Source of the DNA: Tubulanus polymorphus
Taxonomy: Eukaryota > Animalia > Nemertea
DNA length: 64,000 bases
Direction of reading: 5' to 3'
Assembly (NCBI RefSeq): GCF_964204645.1
Contig: NC_134030.1
Span: forward strand, 18,746,210 to 18,810,209
This document shows, in pieces, positions 16,145 to 29,300 of this stretch. How positions within the stretch are numbered: position 1 is the first letter of the stretch; each line of letters starts with the position of its first letter. A program made the translations under genes and the position numbers. Below the pieces are notes generated by a model, which made no database searches, was not told the origin of the DNA, and worked only from the letters and a program-made list of their open reading frames with translations.

Positions 16145-19100
16145 ATGGATCGACTGAGAGCGCTGTTTCTAGCGTCGCTGATCGTCTGGCGAGTTAACAT
16201 CGCACACGCTGATCTGTCTGACTCTGTGACGATCAGTTCGTCTTGTAACAACACTTGGTACCCCGTCGATTCTACGTCCGGTTACATCGTTTCACCGAAT
16301 TACCCGTCGTTTACGCGCGGTGTTGAATGTCGTTGGTTCGTGAACAGTTCCTTACCGGGAACTTTCAACATCAAACTATACTATGACATCGAGCCGTCAA
16401 TATTCTGTAGTGATAACTACCTTCTCGTCGGTGAGTTCGATAACAGATTCTGCGGTGATGGAGAACATGAAATCCGCCGTAACGGTTTGATCTCGCTGTT
16501 GTTTAGGAGTAATATCGATGGTGCGCGAGGTAGTCGGGTTTATATCATATATCGTTATGAACGAAGTCGATTGAAAGTCAGTCACATCTGTGGCGTGACA
16601 TCTAATACTCTCAGATTAAAGAAAATTATTACATTGGAGGGATACAAATATTCTATAAGCCATCTAGAGAATTGTCGTTTGTTCCTGGAATGGATGGAGA
16701 TGCCAGATGGTTTCGCAATGAACCTGACTTTGGTCAAGATTAGTTTTGGAATGCATTTATCTGCTGATCCCGCGGGGACTGGTAAAATCTACGACGGATG
16801 GAACAGCAGCAGTGAACCTATAGCTCTCATACCAGTACAAACCGGTCATCCAGCTTCATCATTCTATACTAAGACAAGTAAAACTATTATCTCTATGCTT
16901 GAATATAGACTGGATTTAAATTTTCAACTTTTGGTTCAGATGTATAAAATATCTGATTGGAACGTCTCTAATCCGTTAATTCAAATCTCTAATAACGAGT
17001 CTCGAGTGCTCATTCCTGATGACAACAGTTTACACGTAATAACCCGATCGAAACACTTACACTGCTGGTCTATCACAGTGCAGGTGTTACAGTACGTCGT
17101 CTTCAACTGGACACGTGATCTCAGCACATCCGGTGACGTCATTGGTGTATATAAACTAGAAGGGTTACGCGTTGTAGGAACTGATATTTTACTCGGTTAC
17201 AACTACCTGGAATCACTGAGTGTTAAATCTGACGGCTTTCTCGTCATACTGTGCGTTTTGATGAGCGCTGATGTGATGATGTCGAAACTAGAAATATCCT
17301 ACAAAATCAATTCACTAACAATAGGTAATTTAGACGTTGGGAAATCAGTGGTAAGTACTTCATCGTGATATCTGTATTGTCGGTATTTACTTCACGATAT
17401 TAAACTGCGTTCAGCAATTATTTCTTTCGAAAAATTAAAATGATGATGAAATGTAGGATTATTTCACATCGATATGTATCCTGTGCACGTTTAGTTTTAA
17501 TGAAATGCACCCATCCAAATTGTCGTTCATATGAATCTACTTTTTGAAATTTACAACGAGCATATAACATCTTAAGTAGCGATGGAACATTCATATGATT
17601 TTGTTTGTTGTCACAGGTACGCGACCCGCAGGAATGTTTACAATCATTCAGGCTATTTCCGTTTGTAAAAAGAAAAACGTTGACGTATCGAGTGATCGAA
17701 CATAGGTTGAAATGGCGAGTGGAAATATTGGAAAAACGATTTAAACTGGCTGTCTTATCGAGAAACTGCGAGCGAGCTGGATTTTATATATATGATGGTG
17801 GTAATTTTACAGCTAGACGCTATGGTCCGTATTGTCCTGGTGGTACCTATGGTCGGCCCGTCGTCAAGTTGATTACATCAGGAGGATCGGTTACTGTAGT
17901 AGGATACGCCTACGACTGGGATAATCAGCTAACAGTCAAGACTAACAAACTTTCATGTATCGCGCTTCACGCTACTGATTGTGACGGGCATGTGTTTAAG
18001 GATGGAGAAAATCAGCTCAAAACGACGTCAGACTGTATCGTGATTCTACCCGAAAACCGACGCCTTCCTTTAAGAAATATTTACATATTATCAGACCGTG
18101 AATATCAAATTGATGGATGTGCTCCAGAATATTTGACGTTCGGCGCGTGCCGGTCCTATATGAATATCAGCAGTAGTTTTATTAAGGAAAATACCTCAAC
18201 AAGAACTGTGTTAAACAAGGTATCATTTAATAGTCCTTATCCTTTTTTGAGTCCTGACCGATTTATCAAACTGAGACGAAAGTGCTATGGAACAAAAAAG
18301 GCCGGTTTTAGCCACGGGTATATCCCTCATGATGTGTGTGGACTTGTGCAATCGCCGAACTATCCCGGGCCTGCCGGAATTACTGTTCAAAGAATATTCT
18401 ATGCAGTCAGTTATAGATATCATAAGGGAAAATTTCGTTATTACAAATTCGTAATCAAATACATTGAAATGATTGAATGCGTTAAACAATCCAAATACTC
18501 TAAAGATGCAGTGTCGTTCGTACAATACTTTAGTGATACCGAAACAAAATTCCAACACGTTACTGAAACCGAACACAAACAAACAATCTGTGGACGACAC
18601 GCAGGGCATATACTTTACAGTCTGATGGCTTCTAGACATGAGTTCCAAGTGGCCGACAGAATCCCAACATTTCGGATACAATACATTCTACAAGAATCAT
18701 TCCCAATAAAAGACCACGAGAATAAGTGTGAGGCGGGATTTCTATATTCGGGAATTTCATGCGTGAAATACATCACAGATGAACGATTGAATTGGGAGAA
18801 TGCTGAATTGTACTGTAGACAGAAGTATGCGGGACATCTACTAAGTATCAACTCAGAACAGGAGATGAATTCCATTAAAACGTTATTTGCTACAAAGCTT
18901 CTTTTAACTGCATATTCGAAGAGAGCACTCATTGTGTTGATTGGATTGAAAAAACAGGTAAATCTAATTTAAGTTGCATAAAGGTATTGATAACATTATC
19001 GGGAGTTGGGATCTCAGAAGAAGAAATTTACGGGGGAATTAACGGCCTCAAGTCTTAACGGTCAAGTTTAATTTCGGCACTAACCGTTATAGCCAATGAT

Positions 19101-22100
19101 TTAGTTCGTACTAGACATTACGCACATTACTTTACAATTCTCTTTTTAGCCTAAAACCAGTTTTTACACGTGGAATGACGGCAAACCGTTGAGTTACACA
19201 GAGTGGTATAAACCAATAAATAACGACACGATACCGGACGTACTTCAAGGGTTGATATCTTATGAAAGAAAACAACCGACAAATGACGTGAATATGCCGT
19301 GTACAGCGATGATACTGAATAATCCACGAGGATCAGCGAACTGGGTTCGATTCCCGTGTCAAATAGAAGAGGTTCACGTGCGATTCTTTTGTGAATCGGA
19401 AAGAAATGATATCAATAAAAGTATGGCTGGGATAGAAAATGATTCAAAACATAATATGATATCCCAAATTAAACAAGGTATTTTGAATAACAATACGCTG
19501 AATACAATGTGTGCAATAGGTTGGTTAGGTATAGATGGACAATGTTATCAGGTACTGACACGTTGGGAAAATAAGGAAACTTTTGACGTGGTTAGTGCAA
19601 GAGAAATGTGCCGTGAGGTACGCGGGGAAATAGGTATAATACAGGACTTGACGCAAGCCAAGGAGATGATTTTCAGATTTCGTTATCAGCATCAATATGG
19701 CGCTATATTAACTTTGGATTCTAGCAAGCAGTGGATGATAATGAAGCCATTTGTTACCAGGGATGAAATTACTTACGATCAGTCGGTTAATTGGGTAATG
19801 ATACCCTGGGAAAATGCAAAAGACAAAATCCATTCTGTTTTGTGTTCCTATAATGTAACTGATGAAGAGTTGGCTTCTTTAAGTGGTTGTAAATCGTGGC
19901 AGTTTAAATGTAACGATCAAAGATGTATCAGCGACCATCGCGTATGTGATACCAGACACGACTGTCGACACGGCGAAGATGAACTCAGTTGTACGGATAT
20001 AAATTCATACAGTCAGTTTCAATGCTTTGATGGTGAGATTGTATCAATAAGTGGTTATTGTGATTTCATACAGGATTGTGTGGATGGTTCTGATGAGAAT
20101 TCGTGTTTTCATCCCCCGTGTTTGTCCGAGGAATTTCGTTGCATCAGTGGTCAATGTGTCAGTGGGTCGAACAGATGTGACGGAGTAGCTAATTGTAAAG
20201 ACAACTCCGATGAAATTGAATGCACCTCTCAACTATGTCAGGGGTTCCTATGTATCAGTGGGGACTGTATCAGTTCTCAGTTGTATCAGGATGGAGTCGT
20301 GGATTGCACTGGAACTCTTGAGGAAGATGAATTAGTTACGAATCCTTATATTACAGTGAATCCTACGATATATTGCAATATTGAACACCACTGTACGACT
20401 AACTTCACAAATCTCTGTAAAGAATCTAATGAACAAAGATGTTCTTTCGATTCTCCTCATTGCTATTCTAGACGTCACAGGTGTATTCTAGAACGAATGA
20501 CAAATGGTTTCCCAGTTTGTAGAAACCTTGAGCACGTATTGAAATGTGAAGAATTTGTATGCCCAGTTGGTACAGTGAAATGTCCAGCATCGTACTGTAT
20601 ACCTATCAGACAGGTGTGCGATGGTCGGTCAGATTGTCCTAATTCAGAAGACGAGCGAAACTGCGAGACTTTGTCATGTCCGGGAATGTTTAAATGTAGC
20701 CAGGAAAAGCGATGTATTCCACAGACTGAAGTTTGTGATGGTGTTGTGAATTGTAAACATACAACTGATGACGAGGCTTTCTGTAACGTCACGTGTCCTA
20801 AAGGTTGTGAATGTCAAGGGCATTCGATCAAATGCAACAATTCTCGGCTAACATATGTAAATGGAATTTTCCAAGCATCAACGCGAATTTTAATTTTGTC
20901 AAATAACCAAATTGTCTTGGACGTCTTTACATTTTCCCAATACGTTTATCTCCACATGCTCAACCTCACCGCCAATGAATTGTCTTACCTTTTACCAAAC
21001 TCGTTCAAGAACCTGCATAACTTACATACATTAGACCTCACACACAATAACATAACATCATTATCCACAAATACATTTACTGGTCTGTATAGTTTGAAAG
21101 AGTTATTCATAACTGAAAACCCACTACGTCGTTTAGAGGATGACACCTTCCAAGATTTAAAGTCACTTCAAGTTCTTGATCTTCATGGACTTTCCTTGTT
21201 CGTGCTTGACAAATTCGTATTTAGAGGTCTATCTTCTCTACGATGGTTGAATATCAGTGGTAACAGAATACGTCGTATTTCACTATATGCATTTTTTGGA
21301 TTAACTACACTTGAGACCCTCGATATAACCGATAATTACAAAGTCATTTCTGTAGATAGACAAGTTTTTGACAATGTAACGACATTAGCATTTCTAACGT
21401 CTGATGCTTATAAATTTTGCTGCATGGCTCCGAATGTTGACCAGTGCCTTCCCGAAGCTGACCAATTTTCCTCCTGTTCAGATCTTATTGGGAATACAGC
21501 TCTCAGAGCTATCATCTGGGTCATCGCTTCATGTAGTTTCTTTGCTAACGGATTTGTCATTTCCCTTCGCATTCGAGCGATTCGATTCTCCTCCTCAAAT
21601 CCATCCTCAGACATCATCATTATAAACGTTGCTTTATGTGATTTTATGATGTCTATATATTTGTTTCTGATCGCTGGAGCCGATTACATATATAAGGGAA
21701 TCTACTTTCTCCATTCAGAATCGTGGACGGACAGTGCGCTGTGTCGTCTTGCCGGGGTCGTGGTATCTATTTCGTGTGAAGGCTCATTGACATTCTTGCT
21801 CATAATGACGCGTCATAGATATTCAAATATCGTTAATCCTTTTTCTGTGAGCCTGATTACATCTCCGAGATATGTGTCCATTATTTGCTGTGTATGTTGG
21901 GTTGTCCTGGGCATTATTGCATTACTACCTCTTACACCTGTCCCGTACTTCGGAAGCAATTTCTACGGCGCTACAGGGGTTTGTTTACCTATGAATTTGA
22001 TTTCCATTGATGTCGATGCCTGGCATTATTCGTTCATTATTTTTTCTCTGTGTACGTCAGTCATACTTGCTACGATAATGGTGACATACGCGCAAATGTA

Positions 22101-22398
22101 CAGGCTTGTATCTGGAAGCAGGTCTGGTTCAGGAAGAGCTGATCCTACCGAACTGATTTTGGCCCGCAGAAGTTTGGTGATAAATCTTTGTAATGTAATT
22201 TGCTGGTTACCGTTAATTATCGTTCAGTTTTGCGCGGTATTTCGGGTGGAAATACCGAATCAGGTAGCGGCTTGGCTTGGGGTTCTTTTCTTACCAATCA
22301 ACTCGTCCCTTAATCCCTTTTTATATACAATACTGACTATTGATATGAAGTCCATACGAGCAAAAGCTATGCGCCAAATGAATTGGGTGAACAAATGA
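16145..22398 (+). CDS. B1: intact 1931-aa CUB-CTL-LDLa-LRR-7TM GRL101-like GPCR; exons 16145-17350, 17617-18957, 19150-22398
   Basis: GTG|GTAAGT, CACAG|GTA, CAG|GTAAAT, TTTTAG|CCT, all phase 0 and open throughout (402+447+1082 aa). CUB GYIVSPNYP; CTL WENAELYC..GHLLSINS; LDLa DCxDGSDE; LRR LxxLDLxxN; LGR hinge KFCC..FSSCSDL; CWLP; NSSLNPFLY. Confidence 0.93.
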
Positions 22399-22520
22399 AA
22401 CATCTAGATTCCTTTCGCATAAGAATGCTGCATTTTTCTTTACATTCAACACAATTCTAGTTCTTGTAGTAGTCATACGCATGGTTTTATATAGTGTTAG
22501 TTATGACTAAAAAGAACGGG

Positions 22521-22600
<80 letters not shown>

Positions 22601-25600
22601 CCCGTTCTTTTTAGTCATAACTAACACTATATATATACTAGTCACGGATGAAATATATAGATTAAAGGTTACCCCGGATCGGTGGTATACTCCTGAAGCT
22701 TGTAGATAGATAACTACCGATAAACCATTTTACAGTCGCTAGCCGCCATTTTGTTAGGGTACTTTTGTCCGGTATTGTTGGGTAATGCTTCTCTATTTTT
22801 TAAAATCCAATTGTGATGCGTGTTTTATCACATTTCATCGGTTTGTAGATGGATTTTGACAGTGTTAGTAGGGCCTGGCTAGTATTTCAGCTATGTAAAA
22901 TTCATTTGCAACATGAGATTGATATAGAAATCCGTGGCCAGTTTTTGCTGCGCGCATAGAAATTCAGGGTACTCAACTTTAAAGCTAGTTTTCTTTTTTG
23001 AATAAATTTCCTTAAATTCTAGGAACTGTGCGCATTAACACAATTCAAGTGGAATTCATAGATATCTTGCCCAGTTTTTGTTGTTCTATGATTATTTAAA
23101 TGCAGCGTGTCTATTGACATTCCGAGTTTCTGCGCTGTTTTAGCTGTGTGCATTTTAGAATAAGGTGTTACTTGTTCTCATTTTCTGCTGTACCCGCAGA
23201 TTGCAGCCAGCAAAATGACCCTTTGTAATAACGGATATCCCAAGGTCACTTCGACTAAGTGTCCAATTTTATGTGATCATCAAGCTAGTTTAGGCTTACC
23301 AGGGGTACAATCATGTCGTCCACCAATCCGTCTACGGGAGAGGAGCGTATCGATCTGATTGTCAGCGTTAAATAAATACGAACAGAGACTCGACTAATTA
23401 GATGTTAAATGGTGTTTTTATTGGATGTCATCTCGATGATAATAGCAGAGAAACTGACAATTGCGTTCAAGCAATTTAACACTCAATACTCGTCCCACGG
23501 ACATTTTTCATGACAGGTACTTGGACAGTTTGCTTGGCAGGCATCCTTTTGAGCGGCGGGTGTTCGACATTTTACCCAGCAATTGTTGAGACAGATTTGA
23601 CAATAATCAGGCTTTACTGAATCAGCGCCACTAGCGACCATTGCGACCAGAACTAAAACTACCAGAAACTGAAAAAGAGTATATTGTTACCAGAGCTGTA
23701 CTTCCGCGGCTTATCAATGATGATCCCACAGTGGCTGCTCGCTCGAGAGTTCCACGCCTGCCAAGGGCTGATCCACAAGGTAAAACATTGTGCATTAGGA
23801 CATAAACTATTCTGGCAATAGAGGATTCTACTTATGGCAAATAGGGTCCACCAGGTGTCACTAGTGTGCAACTACTGTGGCGATAGTTCAAGATCCCACA
23901 GTGAAAAAGAAATCGATGAAAATAAAACAACAAAAGAATATAGCTGCAAAGCGACGATAACGGGTTTTCTGCCAAAATAAATGTTTTTGTCGGGGATTCG
24001 AGCCAAATATGATGACTATATTATATCGCGATGTAAGCCTTAAAATCACCTTCGATATCACAGGATTAGAACGTTCACTATACGCGACACAATTCTATTT
24101 GTAGCGAATTCAAGTCATAGACGGCGGTGTCTTATTTTAACAAGTGGAAGCAAAATCTGAACCCGATAAGATGAATGGCACTGTTTGACAAAAAATATAA
24201 CGAACAAATATTTGGTATCCGAAAATCTAATTAATTGCTGAATCTTGGAACCAAACTTTATCAATTCGGGCTTACAAATTTCTAGAAATATCAAATGAGT
24301 AGGTAATGCGGTTTATGTGTTATAAGTATTATCAATCGTTCTTGTAATTGCCAAAGAGATCGGTGGCCGAAATAAATCGATATTTAGCATCAGTACACAT
24401 GATGAAATACATAAAAGACATACTAATAAAAATATCAAAACAGGACGTGTTTAGTGCTTCATAAAAATGACGACAATTTACAAATTGACTTACTAATTCA
24501 CAGAAATGGTTTGAAAGAAAAGTTTGCAAATCAACCTCCGGTCAATTTCTTTTGTAAGGTAACAACGCCAATGTACTTTTAACGAAAATAGTCTGGAAAA
24601 AGGTAAGTAGACTGACGATGGAGAATGTGAAGAGAGTTTTCTGCGAAAGTCCATAAAATCCTAATTACCTTTGATGATAACATGATTCTCAGATACTGTA
24701 GATCTCAGATCCCTCGCGTTCGTGAAGTCAATGCGATGTGTTTTACTGCATGTGCGTTACGCAAAGACACGGGTGGAAAATAGCCGTTTACATAATGGAG
24801 ATTCGTTATTTGCTAAAACTGTTGAAATTGTGAAGATGATTCCCGACCACTCAGACGCACTTGGTATCGTCACTGTCAAATAATATACATCGTATTACCT
24901 TGAAATCAGCAGCTGTGAAACGTACGTCACTGAGCAGAAACTTTCCCGTTGTCCTTGAGATGCTTATTCTGACGATTCAGCATAGTCTTCATCCATCCCT
25001 CCTCTGAAATGACACCATTCTTGAATCAATAACGAGATGGTCATCATTAGCTGCTAATTATAATTTTACTGAATCGTTGATAGTCATCGAGAATGAAAGG
25101 GTTGTCATTTGGTAAATAATCATGATTTCGGTGAATCTTAAGAATCATGTAGAGTGAGAAGGGCACAAATAACTGGTTATAATTTAACTGGAATTTACTT
25201 ATTTCTATATAGTACGTATGTGAAACATCTGCTACTCAATTATCATGAATTCTGCGTCGATTTATAGAACATGTTACTTGATATAAATATTCGATTTTAA
25301 AAAAGCAGCTGGTCATGTAAGTACAGCAATTGTGATTGGAATTGATTCAGATGTACTTCGCATTATTCCAATACCGTCAAGTTCACTTAAATTACTCTAA
25401 TCAATATCCTGTTGGATGATTATTATTCGAATCGATTACTAGGTTATTGAAACCCTTATCCCACCGAATTAAATGAATTACGCATTGACTTTCTGTAGAT
25501 TTTAGTACAACCAAACTTCGATGATTGATGTATTGACCTCCTTATACTGTCCTATCCTGGTCGGGACAATGGTACATATTGTACAGCTATGCAGGCGGGT

Positions 25601-26368
25601 TTGTATCTTTATAAAAAAGACTGATGCTTTTTTCCGATGCGGACAGTCGCAAAGACGGACGGATCAACGGACTGACCAACAGACGCGGGCAAAAGTTAAG
25701 GTACCAAGTTCCCCGCTAAGTCCCCGGGACAAAGATATTGTTGCGGTAAACTTACAGTATTGTTATAAGTCTACGTTAATTCTACGTCTGCGATTCTTTG
25801 CATAATGAATTGAAGCTCAGTCGATTACGTCGCATCGAGTGGACATTCTATACTTAACAACCCCTGAAAAACGGTTGAAGAAATCCTCTGAATTATCGAG
25901 AAATTACAAACAAAAGTAGGTGTATACCTGTTTTGAAACACTCTGCATATACGCGTAATGCATCAGCAAAAAATTGATATTCAGGAGCGACTTGAACGAA
26001 ACGAAAATAATTTTGAGTATTTTAAAGTATGATTGGGCATATCGAAATAACCACGCGTGGAAACATGAAATTGAGAATTGCTGCTCAGAGAGATGGTACC
26101 GTAATTACTAATATATTGATGTGTATGTCGGAGAACGAATACTAATGACAGAACGGGGGAAAAATATCACACGCGTTCGACAAAAATCAGCGGTTGAAAA
26201 TAATTGCTAGATTTCTAAATTGCTGAGTGAAGCAAATAAATAATTTCACTAGAAAGAAATATACAATTGTACATCATTTATGAGTGGAACCTGAAGATAT
26301 GTGGGCAACCAAGCAGAATTTGAATAGTGAAGGAATTCCTTCATTCTGACGTGACGAAGTTACTCTGT
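22399..26368. repeat. Spacer S, copy 2
   Basis: Near-identical to 92-4228. Confidence 0.92.
22488..22633. repeat. ~146-bp palindrome: 27-bp arms around (TA)n
   Basis: GTGTTAGTTATGACTAAAAAGAACGGG (22494-22520) and its exact reverse complement (22601-22627). Confidence 0.95.
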
Positions 26369-29300
26369 ATGGATCGATTGGGAGCGCTGTTTCTAGCGTC
26401 GCTGATCGTCTGGCGAGTTATAATCGCACACGCTGATCCGTCTGACTCTGTGACGATCAGTTCCTCTTGTAACAACACTTGGTACCCCGTCGATTCTACG
26501 TCCGGTAACATCGTTTCACCGAATTACCCGTCGTTTACGCGCGGTGTTGAATGTCGTTGGTTCGTGAACAGTTCTTTACCGGGAACTTTCAACATCAAAC
26601 TATACTACGACATCGAGCCGTCGATATTCTGTAGTGCTGACTACCTTCTCGTTGATGATTCGGATAACAGATTCTGCGGCGAAGGAGAATATGGCATCCG
26701 CCGTAACGGTTTGATCTCGCCGTTGTTGTTTAGGAGTAACGTCGATGGTGCGCGAGGCAGTCGGGTTTATATAACATATCGTTATGAACGAAATCGATTG
26801 AAAGTCAGCTGTGGTGTGACATTTACTACTCCCAGATTCAAGGAAATTATTACATCGGAGGGATACAAATATTCTATAAGCCATCTAGAGAATTGTCGTT
26901 TGTTCCTGGAATGGATGGAGATGCCAGATGGTTTCGCGATGAACCTGACTTTGGTCAAGATTAGGGTTAGAATGGAATTTCTTGCTGATCCCGCGACGAC
27001 TGGTAAAATCTACGACGGATGGAACAGCAGCAGTGAACCTATAGCTCTCATACCAGTACAAACCGGTCATCCAGCTTCATCATTCTATACTAAGACAAGT
27101 AAAACTATTATCTCTCTGCTTGAATATAAACTGAATTTCGATTTTCAACTTTTGGTTCAGATGTATAAAATATCTGATTGGAACGTCACTAATCCGTTAA
27201 TCCAAATCTCTAATGACGAGTTTGGAGTGCTCATTCCTGATGACAACAGTTTACACGTAATAACCCGATCGAAACACTTATACTGCTGGTCTATCACAGT
27301 GCAGGTGTTACAGTACGTCGTCTTCAACTGGACACGTGATCTCAATACATCCGGTGACGTCATTGGTGTATATAAACTAGAAGGGTTACGCGTTGTAGGA
27401 ACTGATATTTTACTCGGTTACAACTACCTGGAATCACTGAGTGTTAAATCTGACGGCTTTCTCGTCATACTGTGCGTTTTGATGAGCGCTGATGTGATGA
27501 TGTCGAAACTAGAAATATCCTACAAAATCAATTCACTAACAATAGGTTATTTACACGTTGGGAAATCAGTGGTAAGTACTTCATCGTGATATCTGTATTG
27601 TCGGTATTTACTTCACGATATTAAACTGCGTTCAGCAATTATTTCTTTCGAAAAATTAAAATGATGATGAAATGTAAGATTATTTCCCATCGATATGTAT
27701 CCTGTGCACGTTTAGTTTTAATGAAATGCACCCATCCAAATTGTCGTTCATATGAATCTACTTTTTGAAATTTACAACGAGCATATAACATCTTAAGTAG
27801 CGATGGAACATTCATATGATTTTGTTTGTTGTCACAGGTACGCGACCCGGAGGAATGTTTACATTCATTCAGGCTATTTCCGCTTGTAAAAAGAAAAACG
27901 TTGACGTATCGAGTGATCGAACATAAGTTGAAATGGCGAGTGGAAATATCGGAAAAACGATTTCAACTGGCTGTCTTATCGAGAAACTGCGAGCGAGCTG
28001 GATTTTATATATATGATGGTGGTAATTTTACAGCTAGACGCTATGGTCCGTATTGTCCTGGTGATACCTATGGTCGGCCCGTCGTCAAGTTGATTACATC
28101 AGGAGGATCGGTTACTGTAGTAGGATACGCCTACGACTGGGATAATCAGCTAACAGTCAAGACTAACAAACTTTCATGTATCATGCTTCGCGCTACTGAT
28201 TGTGACGGGTATGTGTTTAAGGACGGAGAAAATCAGCTCAAAACGACGTCAGACTGTATCGTGATTCTACCCGAAAACCGACGTCTTCGTTTTAAGAAAC
28301 ATTAACATATTATCAGACCGCGAATATCAAATTGATCGATGTGCTCCGGAATATTTTATATACGTCGCGTGCCGGCCCTATATGAATATCAGCAGTAGTT
28401 TTATTTAGGGAAATACCTCAACAAGAACTGTGTTAAACAAGGTATCATTTATTAGTCCTCATCCTTTTTTGACACCTGAGCGATTTATCAAACTGAGACG
28501 AAAGTGCTATATGACAAAAAGGGCCGGTCATAGCGGTTTAGTCCCTAAGGATGTGTGTGGACTTGTGCAATCGCCGAACTATCCGGGACCTGCCGGAATT
28601 ACTGTTCAAAGAATATTCTATGCAGTCATTTATAAATATCATTACGGAAAATTTCGTTATTACAAATTTGTAATCAAATACATTGAAATGATTGAATGCG
28701 TTAAACAATCCAGATTCTCTAAAGAAGCAGTGTTGTTCGTACAATACGTAAGTGGAAAATTTACTAAAACCGAACACAAACAAACAATCTGTGGACGACA
28801 CGCAGGGCATATACTTTACAGTCTGATGGCGTCCACACATGAGTTTCAAGTGACCAACAGAATCCCAACATTTCGGATACAATACATTCTACAAGAATCA
28901 TTCCCAATAAAAGACCACGAGAATAAGTGTGAGGCGGGATTTCTATATTCGGGAATTTCATGCGTGAAATACATCACGGATGAACGATTGAATTGGGAGA
29001 ATGCTGAATTGTACTGCAGACAGAAGTATGCGGGACATCTACTAAGTATCAACTCAGAACAGGAGATGAATTCCATTAAAACGTTATTTGCTACAAAGCT
29101 TCTTTTAACTGCATATTCGAAGAGAGCACTCATTGTGTTGATTGGATTGAAAAAACAGGTAAATCTAATTTAAGTTGCATAAAGGTATTGATAACATTAT
29201 CGGGAGTTGGGATCTCAGAAGAAGACATTTACGGGGGAATTAACGGCCTCAAGTCTTAACGGTCAAGTTTAATTTCGGCACTAACTGTTATTAGCCAATA

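Noticed and set aside
18223-20792. Recurrent antisense ORFs inside the receptor genes
   Set aside because: Shadows of the coding strand that recur only because the genes are duplicated.
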